In this document: piece by piece, positions 10,698 through 20,300 of the stretch
Layout of the letters: the number at the start of each line of letters is the position of its first letter
How positions within the stretch are numbered: position 1 is the stretch's first letter
DNA from: Mesoplasma florum L1
Lineage (GTDB): Bacteria; Bacillota_I; Bacilli_A; Mycoplasmatales; Mycoplasmataceae
Direction of reading: 5' to 3'
Assembly: GCF_000008305.1 (NCBI RefSeq)
Contig: NC_006055.1
Coordinates: forward strand, 90,001 to 122,000
Length of the DNA: 32,000 nt
Notes under the pieces: generated by a model
Seen by the model: the letters and a program-made list of their open reading frames with translations, nothing else
Database searches by the model: none
What the model was told of the DNA's origin: nothing
Position numbers and translations under genes: made by a program

Positions 10698-12107
10698 ATG
10701 AATCATAATTTTAAATTAAAAGAAAAGAAGATTTGAATTAAATCATATTGATGAGCACTGATTATACTAGTTGGTTCCTTATTAATAACAACGTTTTTTG
10801 ATTACCAAATAACAGATTTTTTTACACAAGGTATGAATAATTATTTTTTAAGACAAATTGTTAATTTTGTAAGTTCGGGTGGTAACTTTATCATAACTAT
10901 CCCAATAGGAATAATAGCAGCGACGATTTTAGAAACATTGTATTTTAAATATAAGATAAAAAATAATTTTATTAAGCTTGTACCATATACTTTATTGATT
11001 CTTGGCTTAATATTTTTTGGTTCACTTTATTGTATTCAAAAAGCTTCTTACACATTTTCAGATGATATTAAGAATAATACTTTGAATTCTATTTGAATTA
11101 AAACATTAACAACATGAAAAGAACCAATAATAATATGTTCTATTTGGATTGTTTTAATGACAGCTATTCTTTCTTATGGAACATTCTTCTTTAGAATAAA
11201 ATTTGCTTCAAGAAACGACATACTTGAAAATAAATACTGAATTGGTGCGTTTGAAATGCTTACTGTTTTTATAATTTCTTACTTTACAGTTTTAGTGTTA
11301 AAATTATTTTTTGCACGACCATTTTATTTCTCTGTAGAATATAGAAATTTATTTGGTATGTCTGATTCAAATGAAATAGAACATTTATTCGATGGACTGA
11401 CAATTGAAAATTATGTTAATCATCCAGGTGCCAAATTATTAATTGATTTATACTTACAAACTGAAGGTTTAGAATTAAATGATAACAACTTTAAATTAGC
11501 TACAAATTGAATGGCTGAAACATTATGACAGATTCCATATGGTCCTGCACCAGAACCTGCTTGAAGATGAACATATTGATTTATACCAAATATTTTTTCA
11601 AGAGTTGATTCTCATACAATTAATGATGGAGTCATTTATTGAAGCTCCCAAGCTTTTAATGGAGATTTTCCATCAGGACACATAGAAATCCCACTTTCAA
11701 TTTTTGGAACATTTTTTATTATAAGAAGAAGTGGTAGTGTTAACTTTAAAAATAAAAAAATATTATTATTTACAATTTTAACTTCAATCATGTTTGTCTT
11801 AACTTTTTTCTTCATGATAGTTTATAGATTTCACTGAATTACAGATATGATTTTTACTCCAATTTTATATTTTGCATTTTTACCTATAGCTTATTTCAAA
11901 ACAGAAAGATGAATTTATGCAATCATGTTTCGTTTTAGTAAAAATAAAAAAATACTAATAACAAATAATGGTAATAAAACTGAATTTAAAATAACTGTTA
12001 ATCAGGAATATGTTATTTTTAAAATAAAGAAAAAGGGTAAGAAGGCTTTTAAATATGAGTATAAAATTAAAACTAAATATCCAAGTTTGTTAGTTGACAG
12101 AATTTAA
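10698..12107 (+). CDS. polytopic membrane protein, PAP2 (type 2 phosphatidic acid phosphatase)-like (469 aa)
   Basis: Starts at ATG 10698 after aaggaaag. It joins three track ORFs across about 14 in-frame TGA codons. PAP2-like motifs: KLFFARP (C1-like), FPSGH (C2, exact PSGH) and RFHWITD (C3, HxxxD). It has multiple TM helices and a lysine-rich soluble tail. Confidence 0.5.
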
Positions 12108-12126
12108 TAATATTTAAATTAAGTAT

Positions 12127-12160
12127 AAAAAAGCACAGTTTATTACTCCTGTGCTTTTTA
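12127..12160. terminator. bidirectional intrinsic terminator
   Basis: Stem aaaaaagcacag / ctgtgctttttt with a 10-nt loop. An A-run upstream and a T-run downstream give a U-tract on both strands. Confidence 0.75.
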
Positions 12161-12171
12161 TATTTATTACA

Positions 12172-12696
12172 TTATTTCGTTTTATTTTTGCCCTTTTTCA
12201 TTTGGTGTTCCAAATAACTTATTTTAAGCATGATTTTAACAACTCATATTACAATTGTTGCACTAAGAGAATCACATAGAATTGAAAGCATTGTTGCTAC
12301 TTCTGATCCTGTATCTGAATTCATAAAATCAAATAAAAATAATAAACTTAAAATACTTAAGATTAAACCAACTAGACGAAAGAAAAAAACTGTACAAGTC
12401 TAGTCTATTTGCAAATTTTTCTAGTGGTAATATCTTTAAACCTTTTTCGTATTTTCTTTTTAATATAGTTCCGCCATATTTTAAAAGCAATAATTGCTGT
12501 TGCTGTACTTAATGTATCAAAGCATACTGTTAGTACTGTAAATACAAAAGAAGATTCAGGTTCCACTTCATAAAGTTTTTGAACTTAGCCTTAAAAGACT
12601 TAACATACCTAGGATAATTCCTACTGTTCCACAAAGAGCACTGATCAATTCAACTGCTATCAGTATTCTTGTTTCTATTTTTATATTCTTTTTCAT
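12172..12696 (-). pseudogene. frameshifted remnant of a small multi-TM membrane protein gene
   Basis: The minus-strand ATG at 12696-12694 has aaaggtg upstream. Hydrophobic, protein-like reading switches frame near 12585 and again near 12400-12407. Segment A is MKKNIKIETRILIAVELISALCGTVGIILGMLSLL. Segment B is VQKLYEVEPESSFVFTVLTVCFDTLSTATAIIAFKIWRNY. Segment C is FRLVGLILSILSLLFLFDF...MLSILCDSLSATIVIWVVKIML. The last stop is at 12174-12172, directly before the bidirectional terminator. Confidence 0.45.
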
Positions 12697-12778
12697 AAAA
12701 ATGTTTATACACCTTTAAGCTTTTTTACACAAATTTAGTATTTTGCTGATGTTCAAGTAGATTTTATAGAGCTATTCT

Positions 12779-12786
12779 TGTATAAT
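12779..12786 (+). promoter_or_regulatory. -10 region (tgTATAAT) of the rpsF operon promoter
   Basis: TATAAT at 12781-12786 is preceded by TG. A weak -35 candidate, tagatt, lies at 12758-12763 with a 17-nt spacer. The element is 76 nt upstream of the rpsF ATG. Confidence 0.45.
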
Positions 12787-12795
12787 ATTTTAAGC

Positions 12796-12852
12796 GAGTT
12801 AATGTACACGGGATTAACTCCTTGGCCCAAAGGCCCAAAGACCAAAAGGAGG
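12796..12852 (+). promoter_or_regulatory. structured 5' UTR of rpsF (hairpin plus GGCCCAAA repeats abutting the SD)
   Basis: A perfect 8-bp stem joins gagttaat (12796-12803) and attaactc (12813-12820). It is followed by ggcccaaa (12824-31), ggcccaaa (12832-39), gaccaaaa (12840-47) and ggagg (12848-52). Confidence 0.5.
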
Positions 12853-12861
12853 ACATTAAAA

Positions 12862-13734
12862 ATGTTAAGAAAATATGAAGCAATGTTTATCTTAGACCAA
12901 GATACACAAGATGTTAACGCTTTATCATCAAGAATGATTGAAATCATTTCTAAAGATGGAAAAGTAATTGAAAAAAACGATTTAGGATTAATCGAATTTG
13001 CATACAAAATTAACCACAAGAAAAAAGGACACTATTTTGTAGTTATAGTAGAAGCTACTGCAGAAGCTATTAAAGAATTCGAAAGAATTGCAAACATTGA
13101 GAAAAATGTAGTTAGAACTCTAATCATCAATACAGAAAACGAACAAGGTTATGAACAATCAGTTCAATTATCAAAAACTGATATGACTAAATTCGAAGAA
13201 GAAAGAAAAGCAAAAAGAGATTTCAAAAAACCTTTTGTTAAAAAAGAATTCAACAAACCAACAGAAAAAAGAACATTTGAAAAGCCAGCTGAAGTTACAG
13301 TTGAAGTTAAAGAAGTTGTTGTAGAAGAAGTTAAACAAACTGTTAAACCAGCTAAAAAAGTTGCTGAAGCTAAAGTTGAAGAAGTTTCTCATGAAGAAGC
13401 ACATGACTTCGTTTCAAAAATGGAAGCAAAATATAAAGCTCACTTAGCTGAAACTGTTGAAGAACATGTTGAAGAAGTTGAAGTTGAAGAAGCAAAAACT
13501 ACAGCTAAAAAACCAGCTGCACCTAAAATGTCAGCTGCAGAAAGAGCTAAAGTTGATGGATCACACAATATTGATGAAGAAAGATATGAATTACAAAAAT
13601 ACTCAAACAAATTAAGAAGTGTTGCAATCGAAAAAAACTTACCAAAAAAATTACAAGAAGTTAACTTAAGAGATTTAACTAAAAAAGAACTAATCGAATA
13701 CATGAGAAAAGTTCGTGCTGCATTAGCTAAATAG
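12862..13734 (+). CDS. rpsF: 30S ribosomal protein S6 with long charged C-terminal extension (290 aa)
   Basis: The ATG at 12862 lies 9 nt after aaaggagg. The track start at 12778 lies upstream of the SD and is rejected. The S6 fold region runs from MLRKYEAMFILDQ to VVRTLIIN. Conserved rpsF-ssb-rpsR context. Confidence 0.88.
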   Translation: MLRKYEAMFILDQDTQDVNALSSRMIEIISKDGKVIEKNDLGLIEFAYKINHKKKGHYFVVIVEATAEAIKEFERIANIEKNVVRTLIINTENEQGYEQSVQLSKTDMTKFEEERKAKRDFKKPFVKKEFNKPTEKRTFEKPAEVTVEVKEVVVEEVKQTVKPAKKVAEAKVEEVSHEEAHDFVSKMEAKYKAHLAETVEEHVEEVEVEEAKTTAKKPAAPKMSAAERAKVDGSHNIDEERYELQKYSNKLRSVAIEKNLPKKLQEVNLRDLTKKELIEYMRKVRAALAK

Positions 13735-13796
13735 TTATATAATCGAAATAAGAAATATATAAAAAGTTCAATGAACTTAAAAAGGAGCAGTAAACT

Positions 13797-14252
13797 ATGA
13801 ATCAAGTATGTTTAATAGGTAGAATTACAAAAGATATCGAATTAAGAAATACAACTAATGGGCAAGGGAAATTTGTTTCATTCACATTAGCTGTAAGTGA
13901 ATATTCTGGTCAAAAAGAAATCACAAACTTTATTCCTTGTTTTGCTTTTAACAATACAGCTGAAAATATGGCTAGATTTTTATCAAAAGGAAGTCTAATT
14001 TCAGTTTCAGGTAGAGTTAATGTTAGAACATCTCAAACTGATGGAAAATACGAAACTATTGTAACTATTACTGCCGACCGTGTAAACTTTTTAGAATCTG
14101 CTAAAAACAGAGGATCAAATAACTCTGTTGAAACAAATTCAAGCATTAATTTAGATTCACCAATGCAAAATAAAACTTCATCTATTGCATCAAATAATGT
14201 GCAAACAGAAGAAATTATTTTAAGTGAAGATGAATCAATTTTATGAGATTAA
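13797..14252 (+). CDS. ssb: single-stranded DNA-binding protein (151 aa)
   Basis: The ATG at 13797 follows aaaaggag. The OB-fold N-terminus is MNQVCLIGRITKDIELR. The acidic tail is extended two codons past TGA 14244-14246 to TAA 14250-14252 (...EDESILWD). Confidence 0.9.
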
Positions 14253-14278
14253 TATAAATTAGAAAGGCTACTAAAATT

Positions 14279-14509
14279 ATGGCAATGAAAAAATTCGTTA
14301 AAAAAAGAAAAAAAGTTAACTTTTTTGCTAAAAACAAAATTAACTACATTGATTACAAAGATGTAGAATTATTGAAAAAATTTATTTCAGGAAATGGACA
14401 AATCTTACCAAGAAGAATTACTGGTACATCTCCAAAACACCAAAGACAATTGGCTGTTGCAATTAAAAGAGCACGTCAAATGGCTTTATTACCATACGTA
14501 ATTGACTAA
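14279..14509 (+). CDS. rpsR: 30S ribosomal protein S18 (76 aa)
   Basis: The sequence contains [27 protein letters not shown], which is typical of S18. The position after ssb is conserved. Confidence 0.93.
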   Translation: MAMKKFVKKRKKVNFFAKNKINYIDYKDVELLKKFISGNGQILPRRITGTSPKHQRQLAVAIKRARQMALLPYVID

Positions 14510-14518
14510 TTAAAACAG

Positions 14519-14548
14519 AAACCATCAATCATGATGGTTTTTTATTTT
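14519..14548 (+). terminator. intrinsic terminator after rpsR
   Basis: Stem aaaccatca / tgatggttt with loop atca, followed by a tttatttt tract. Confidence 0.75.
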
Positions 14549-14605
14549 AACATGTTTTTTTAAAATGAAACAACAATAGAATATGTTAATTCAAGTAAAG
14601 TGATT

Positions 14606-14611
14606 TATAAT
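14606..14611 (+). promoter_or_regulatory. -10 hexamer TATAAT, candidate rplI-dnaB promoter
   Basis: The TATAAT lies 33 nt before the rplI ATG and after the rpsR terminator. I found no convincing -35. Confidence 0.4.
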
Positions 14612-14644
14612 ATTATTAAGTTTAAAATGACTTAGGAGGTTTTT

Positions 14645-15088
14645 ATGAAAGTAATTTTTTTACAAGACGTAAAAGGACAAGGGAAAAAAGATGAAATTAA
14701 AGAAATAAGTGATGGTTATGCAAGAAATTTCTTAATACCTAAAGGTTTAGTTAAATTAGCAACTGAAGGTAGTGTAAAAACAGTTAAAAACAGAAAAATT
14801 GTTCAAGAGCAAGAAAAAGATTTAGCTATTGCAGAAACTAAGCAACTAAAAACATTGTTAGAAGAAATAATATTAAAATTTAAATTACAAATAAACGAAG
14901 GAAAAGCTTTCCATTCAATTTCAAATCAAGATATAGTAGATCAACTTAAAAATTCACATAAAATTGATTTAGATAAAAGAAAATTTGTAAACTTTAAAAA
15001 TCTAAATCAAATAGGATTACATTATATAGTTATAAAATTAGGTTTTGGTATTGAAGCAAAATTAAAAGTAGAAATTCAAGGGGTATAA
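14645..15088 (+). CDS. rplI: 50S ribosomal protein L9 (147 aa)
   Basis: The SD taggagg lies at 14633-14639. The N-terminus [34 protein letters not shown] is the L9 signature. Confidence 0.93.
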   Translation: MKVIFLQDVKGQGKKDEIKEISDGYARNFLIPKGLVKLATEGSVKTVKNRKIVQEQEKDLAIAETKQLKTLLEEIILKFKLQINEGKAFHSISNQDIVDQLKNSHKIDLDKRKFVNFKNLNQIGLHYIVIKLGFGIEAKLKVEIQGV

Positions 15089-15089
15089 A

Positions 15090-16436
15090 ATGAGTAGAAA
15101 AGATATGAGCGAAAACAATTTACATTCAGTTGAAAAGATGGTTCTTGCTATTGCGATGCATTCTCCAAATGCGCTGCCAGATATAATGACAGGTTTGGTT
15201 GCTGATGACTTTTTAGATTCAACCCACAAAATAATTTTTCAAGGGATAATAGAATTACATTCTCAAAGCAAAGAAGTTACTATTAGTTCTGTAGCAAACC
15301 AAATTGAAAAAAAAGGAAACTTGGAGTCAATTGGTGGAATTCAAAGACTTCAAGATATTGCTTTAGACTTCTTTTCAGATGAAGGAATTGAAAACTTCAT
15401 AGAAGATATTTTTTACGCTAGTTCTTCAAGAAAATTTGATGCAGCTTTAAGAAGAGTTCAAAATTTAAGAAGAGAAGAACAAATGGATATTGAATCATCA
15501 ATTAACGAAATTCAAAAAGAATTATTAAAAATAGATCTTAATGCACAAAAAAACGATGTTCAAAGTATTCATGCCTCAACTGAGTCATTAATTAAAAAAA
15601 TTCAAGAGTTGGAAAAAAGAAGTGAAACTTTAACAGGTATACCAACTGATCTTTTTGAGTTAGATGAAATAACTTCAGGTCTTCAAGAAGGAGATTTAAT
15701 TATTTTAGCAGCTCGTCCAAGTATGGGTAAAACAGCTTTTGCCTTAAACTTAGCTTACAATGCGGCAAGACATAAAAATGGAGTTGCTGTTTTCTCATTA
15801 GAAATGCCAGCTGAACAATTGACACAAAGAATAATGACAATGGTTTCAAAAATAGATTCAAAAAAATTAAGAACTGGTAAAAATATTTCTAAAGCTGAAT
15901 GAAGTAATCTTTTAGCTTCAAAAGAAATTGTTTCACAATTACCAATTTATATTGATGATACTCCTGGAATAACTGTTCAACAAATTCAATCAAAATTATA
16001 TAAATTAAAAAGAGATCATGATGTTAAATTTTGTGTTGTGGACTACCTTCAATTAATTAGTTCAACAAACGGCTCAGCAGATAGACAAAATGAAATATCA
16101 AATATTTCTCGTCAACTAAAAAGAGTTGCCAGAGAATTAAGAATACCTATTGTTTGTTTATCACAACTTTCAAGAAGTGTTGAAAAACGTGAAGATAAAA
16201 GACCTATAATGTCTGACTTACGTGATTCTGGTGCTATTGAGCAAGATGCTGATATTATTATGTTTTTATATCGAGATGATTATTACAAACATAAAGACGG
16301 TAATGAAGAAGAAAATAAAATTGTTGATCAAGTAAGTGCTACAGATTTAATTCTTTCAAAACATAGAAATGGTGCTACTGGAACTATCAATATATTATTT
16401 GATAAAAGTCATGGAAAATTCATGGATAAAGGGTAA
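15090..16436 (+). CDS. dnaB: replicative DNA helicase DnaB (448 aa)
   Basis: The ATG at 15090 lies 1 nt after the rplI stop. An in-frame TGA at 15900-15902 joins the two track ORFs. Walker A is ARPSMGKT. Other motifs: DYLQLI, SQLSR and SGAIEQDAD. Confidence 0.93.
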
Positions 16437-16439
16437 TTG

Positions 16440-16464
16440 AAATGGGAGAAATTCCATTTTTTTT
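16440..16464 (+). terminator. intrinsic terminator after dnaB
   Basis: Stem aaatggga / ttccattt (one G-U pair) with a GAAA tetraloop, followed by tttttt. Confidence 0.7.
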
Positions 16465-16472
16465 GTTATAAT
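16464..16472 (+). promoter_or_regulatory. extended -10 (TGtTATAAT) promoter for the lipoprotein gene
   Basis: The sequence tgttataat lies 30 nt upstream of the ATG at 16502. Confidence 0.5.
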
Positions 16473-16501
16473 TATACAAGATATGCTCATAAGGAGGATT
16501 T

Positions 16502-17935
16502 ATGAAGAAATTATTATCTATTATTACAGCATTAACTGTAGCAGCATCAGCAACTAGTAGTTTAGTGTCATGTAAAGTAATTACAAATGGCTTTGATATT
16601 GAAATAACAGAATATAAAGCAGCAGGAAATTTAAAATATACTTTTGATACAAATGCAGGTGAATATGTACCTAAAACGGACTACACAACAACTGAAGCAG
16701 ATGTTAAAAAAGCTCTTGACGGTGCAACAGGGACTTTTGCTTCATCACTAGTTACTGATATGATTAACTCCTTATTTTTTAATGCTAATTTAAGCGTTAC
16801 TCAAAACTCAAAAGATATATGACAATATTTATTTAGAACAGATAAAGAAGGTATATATGCTGATGGTCAATATAGAACTGCTGGTTTAAATAGTAGTCAA
16901 AATGAAGAAATTGATAAATATTATTCAGAAATTAGAAATATTACATCTTTATTAGGATTAATGCAATATTCAGAATGAACTAATTCAAATTCAAAAGAAG
17001 TTCAATCATTAGATGAAAGCGGTAAACCATTTGTTTTATCAAAAGAAACATTAGACTTTATTAATAATGAAACTAATATGTTTGAAAGTTCAAATAATCA
17101 AGGTATTACAAATGTAAAAATTAATTCAATTCCAAAATTATATGAAGGAAATATTGGTCTTGCAACTAAATCAGATAATGAAAGTTCTGATGCCGAAGAA
17201 ACTGTATATGAGCCAATTAATATAACAAGCTACGAGAAAAAATATATTTCTAAAGAAACAAACTATAATGCAAAAACAGCAAAAGAAACTGAAGACAGTA
17301 AAGGTGAAAAAGGATATGTAGATTACATATCAGGAACTAACCTTTCAGCTAATTTCTTTTCTCAATTATTAATATCATCACCACAGGCTGATTCAAAACC
17401 TGAATTAGATATTCAAGTTCAAAGAGTTGAAAAACAATCTGATACAAGTAAAGAAAACTTCAAAAAACAAGGACTAGTTTTAAATTCTAAAAAAGATACT
17501 GATCCTATTGTGTTCGAATATACTGAAGATGAAAAGGGAAATAGAACAAGTTATGCATATGGTTATTCTTTAATACCTTTAGCACCTATTAACTTAGAGA
17601 TGACATACAATAACGATCGAGATTTAAAAACAGGTGAACCTAAACCAGGCAGCCAAAATTATAAAATAAATTTAACTATTGATGGACTAAGCGCAGCATT
17701 TAAACCAGTTCTAAGTTTTACTTCAAATTTAGATTTAGAAGGTAATAAAACTGATAAAGATGGTACTCCATATGTTGGGTGAAGATTTATGAATTATCAA
17801 TTTAATTCAAAAAATATTATAGGTTATGATGAACAAGGAAATCAATTTACTGATAAGCCAAGTAAAAAAATGACTGCAACAAATAAAAAATTCAATGATT
17901 TTAATATTACTGATTTAACATTTGAAAAAGCTTAA
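16502..17935 (+). CDS. lipoprotein of unknown function (477 aa)
   Basis: The SD taaggagg precedes the start. The signal peptide plus lipobox is MKKLLSIITALTVAASATSSLVSC. The gene joins track ORFs 16502.. and 17078.. across TGA at 16820, 16975 and 17780. The stop is TAA at 17933-17935. Confidence 0.8.
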
Positions 17936-17948
17936 TTAAAAGAATCTT

Positions 17949-17974
17949 AAAAGTGTCATTTGACGCTTTTTTTG
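17949..17974 (+). terminator. intrinsic terminator after the lipoprotein gene
   Basis: Stem aaagtgtc / gacgcttt (one G-U pair) followed by ttttt. Confidence 0.6.
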
Positions 17975-18004
17975 TTTAATAAAACAAAACTCATTTAATA
18001 TAAG

Positions 18005-18010
18005 TATAAT
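18005..18010 (+). promoter_or_regulatory. -10 hexamer TATAAT, candidate promoter of the membrane protein-cysS-rlmB unit
   Basis: The TATAAT lies 30 nt upstream of the ATG at 18041. I found no convincing -35. Confidence 0.4.
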
Positions 18011-18040
18011 ATTATTAAGTATTTTACACTGAAAGGAGAT

Positions 18041-18958
18041 ATGATGGATAATTTTTTAAAATGATTGATGTCTGGAAATCATCTAGCATATGCTTCTAGT
18101 TTGCTAACATTTTGTTGTTTAGCTCTTTTTGGATTAGGTTCTTTTATATATAAAAAATATTTAGTTAGAAAAGGAGAATTCTTTATTTCTCCCACATTTA
18201 ATACTAAGAATATTACATATATGGGAATAATGATTGCTTGTTCAGTTTCAGTAACTGTTGTTATTTCATTGGTTGCCCCTATTACAGTTTTCCCACCAAT
18301 CAGAGTTGCTTTTGAAGGAATTATGATTAAAATTACTGGTATGATTTTTGGACCTATAATTGGATTGATTGTTGGATTAATTACAGAGTTATTAACTATG
18401 CTATTTATTCCATCATTTATTCACCCAGCTTATTTCTTAGTGGCTATTGGTTTTGGTTTCTGAGCGGGTATGGCTTCATTTACATTTAAATTAAAATCTA
18501 AACAACAATGAATAACAATTACAATAATTACTTTATTCATAATTGCTGCAACTGCATTCTTATACAATACACTTCAATACTTAACACCTGATGAAAATGG
18601 AAATGTTAAATTATTTGGTATAGCAGTTAAAAAAGAATTAATACCAATGCTATTTATTATCATGATGGGAATACTATTATCAATTTGTTATATTATGTGT
18701 GGTATTTTTGTTTTATTGAAAAAACAAAAATGATTAGAAATAATTCTTCCAATCTTCCTTATATGTATCGTTACAGAAATACTAATAACTGTTTTAACTG
18801 CTGCTTGAGGTGATGCAGGATTGCTAACTTCAAACACAGATGATGGTTATATTAGTATGGTTGCTTTAAGGGTAGTTCAAATCCCATTAAAAATTATTTT
18901 TAATACAGCTTTACTAGCAACTGTTTATTCAGTCTTAAGACCATTAATTAAAAAATAA
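18041..18958 (+). CDS. polytopic membrane protein, ECF-transporter S-component-like (305 aa)
   Basis: There are tandem ATGs at 18041 and 18044 after gaaaggag. Five in-frame TGA codons are read as Trp. The segment AFEGIMIKITGMIFGPIIGLIVGLITELL resembles the core of ECF substrate-capture subunits. This assignment is tentative. Confidence 0.4.
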
Positions 18959-18973
18959 TAAGAAAGGATCTAT

Positions 18974-20299
18974 ATGAAATTATTTGATACATTAACTCAA
19001 GAACAAAAAAACATAAATAAAGAAGTTATCAATATATATTCATGTGGTCCAACAATATATGACTATATTCATATAGGTAATGCTAGACCAATAATTTTAA
19101 TGGATACTTTAATTAGATTTTTAGAATCAGAAGGTATCAAAGTAAATTTTTTACAAAACATTACAGATATTGATGACAAAATTATTGAAAAAGCTATACA
19201 AGAAAATAAAACAGAAAAAGAAATAACAGACAAATACTTGTCTGCATTTTTACAAAACTTAAAAGATTTGAAAATTAGAATGCCTGATAAATTAATTCCC
19301 ATAAGTGAAAAAATAAGTGAAATGAATTTATTTATTGACGATTTAGTTAAATTAGAAGCTGCATATAATGTTGATGGTGATGTTTATTTTGATATACAAA
19401 AATTTTCAGATGAATATGGGAAATTATCAAACAAAAAAATAAATGATTTAATTTCAGGAAATAGAGTCGAAATAGAAGATAAAAAAAATAACCCATTAGA
19501 TTTTAGCGTGTGAAAAAAAACTGAAAAAGGTATAACATTTGATTCTAATTTTGGTAAAGGTAGACCAGGTTGACATACAGAGTGTGCTTTATTGATTGAT
19601 GAATATTTTAAAGGTGAAACAATAGACATTCATTCAGGTGGTATTGACTTACAGTTTCCTCATCATGAAAATGAAAGAATTCAATTTATAGCAAAACATG
19701 GAAAAGAAATATCTGATATTTGAGTTCACAATGGACATTTAACTATTAATGGCGAGAAAATGAGCAAATCATTAGGAAATACAATGACACTTACTAATTT
19801 TTTAGCAAATTATAATTCAGATATATTAAGATGAATATTTTTAACAACTTACTACAAACAACCTTTAAATATAAACGATGATTTAATTGAACAAGCAAAT
19901 AAATTTATTCAAAAAATAAATAATTTAAGCAAAAAAATAAAACAATTATTAATTGAAAATAAATTTGTTAAAACTAACCAATTTGATGAAGAAATTATAA
20001 AACAATTTAAAATTCATATGAAAAATGACTTAAACACTTCAAGAGTTTTAACTTTATTAGAAGATACACTTAAAGATATTAATAAGCTTTCAACATTAAA
20101 AGAATTTGATGATTTATTTTTAAAAATAAATTCTTTAAATTACATTTTAAAAACATTAGGTCTTTCAATAAACATAAATACTTTTGTTTCTGATGAAGAA
20201 CAAAATTTATTTTTATTATGAAAAAAAATAGTAAGTGAAAAAGATTTTGAAAAAGCAGACGAAATAAGAAAAGTATTAATTAGTAAAGGGATTTTATAA
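18974..20299 (+). CDS. cysS: cysteinyl-tRNA synthetase (441 aa)
   Basis: The HIGH motif appears as [16 protein letters not shown]. The KMSKS motif is exact ([10 protein letters not shown]). The gene joins two track ORFs plus gaps across seven in-frame TGA codons. Confidence 0.93.
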
Positions 20300-20300
20300 A

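Noticed and set aside
14606-18020. An identical 16-mer, tataatattattaagt, at 14606-14621 and 18005-18020, considered as a possible shared regulatory motif.
   Set aside because: It is composed almost entirely of A and T in a very A+T-rich sequence and includes the generic -10 hexamer. Two copies in 32 kb is not convincingly non-random, so I treat them as two ordinary -10 regions.
18941-18973. A T-box leader upstream of cysS.
   Set aside because: Only 15 nt separate cysS from the preceding gene, so there is no room for a T-box, which needs about 200 nt or more.
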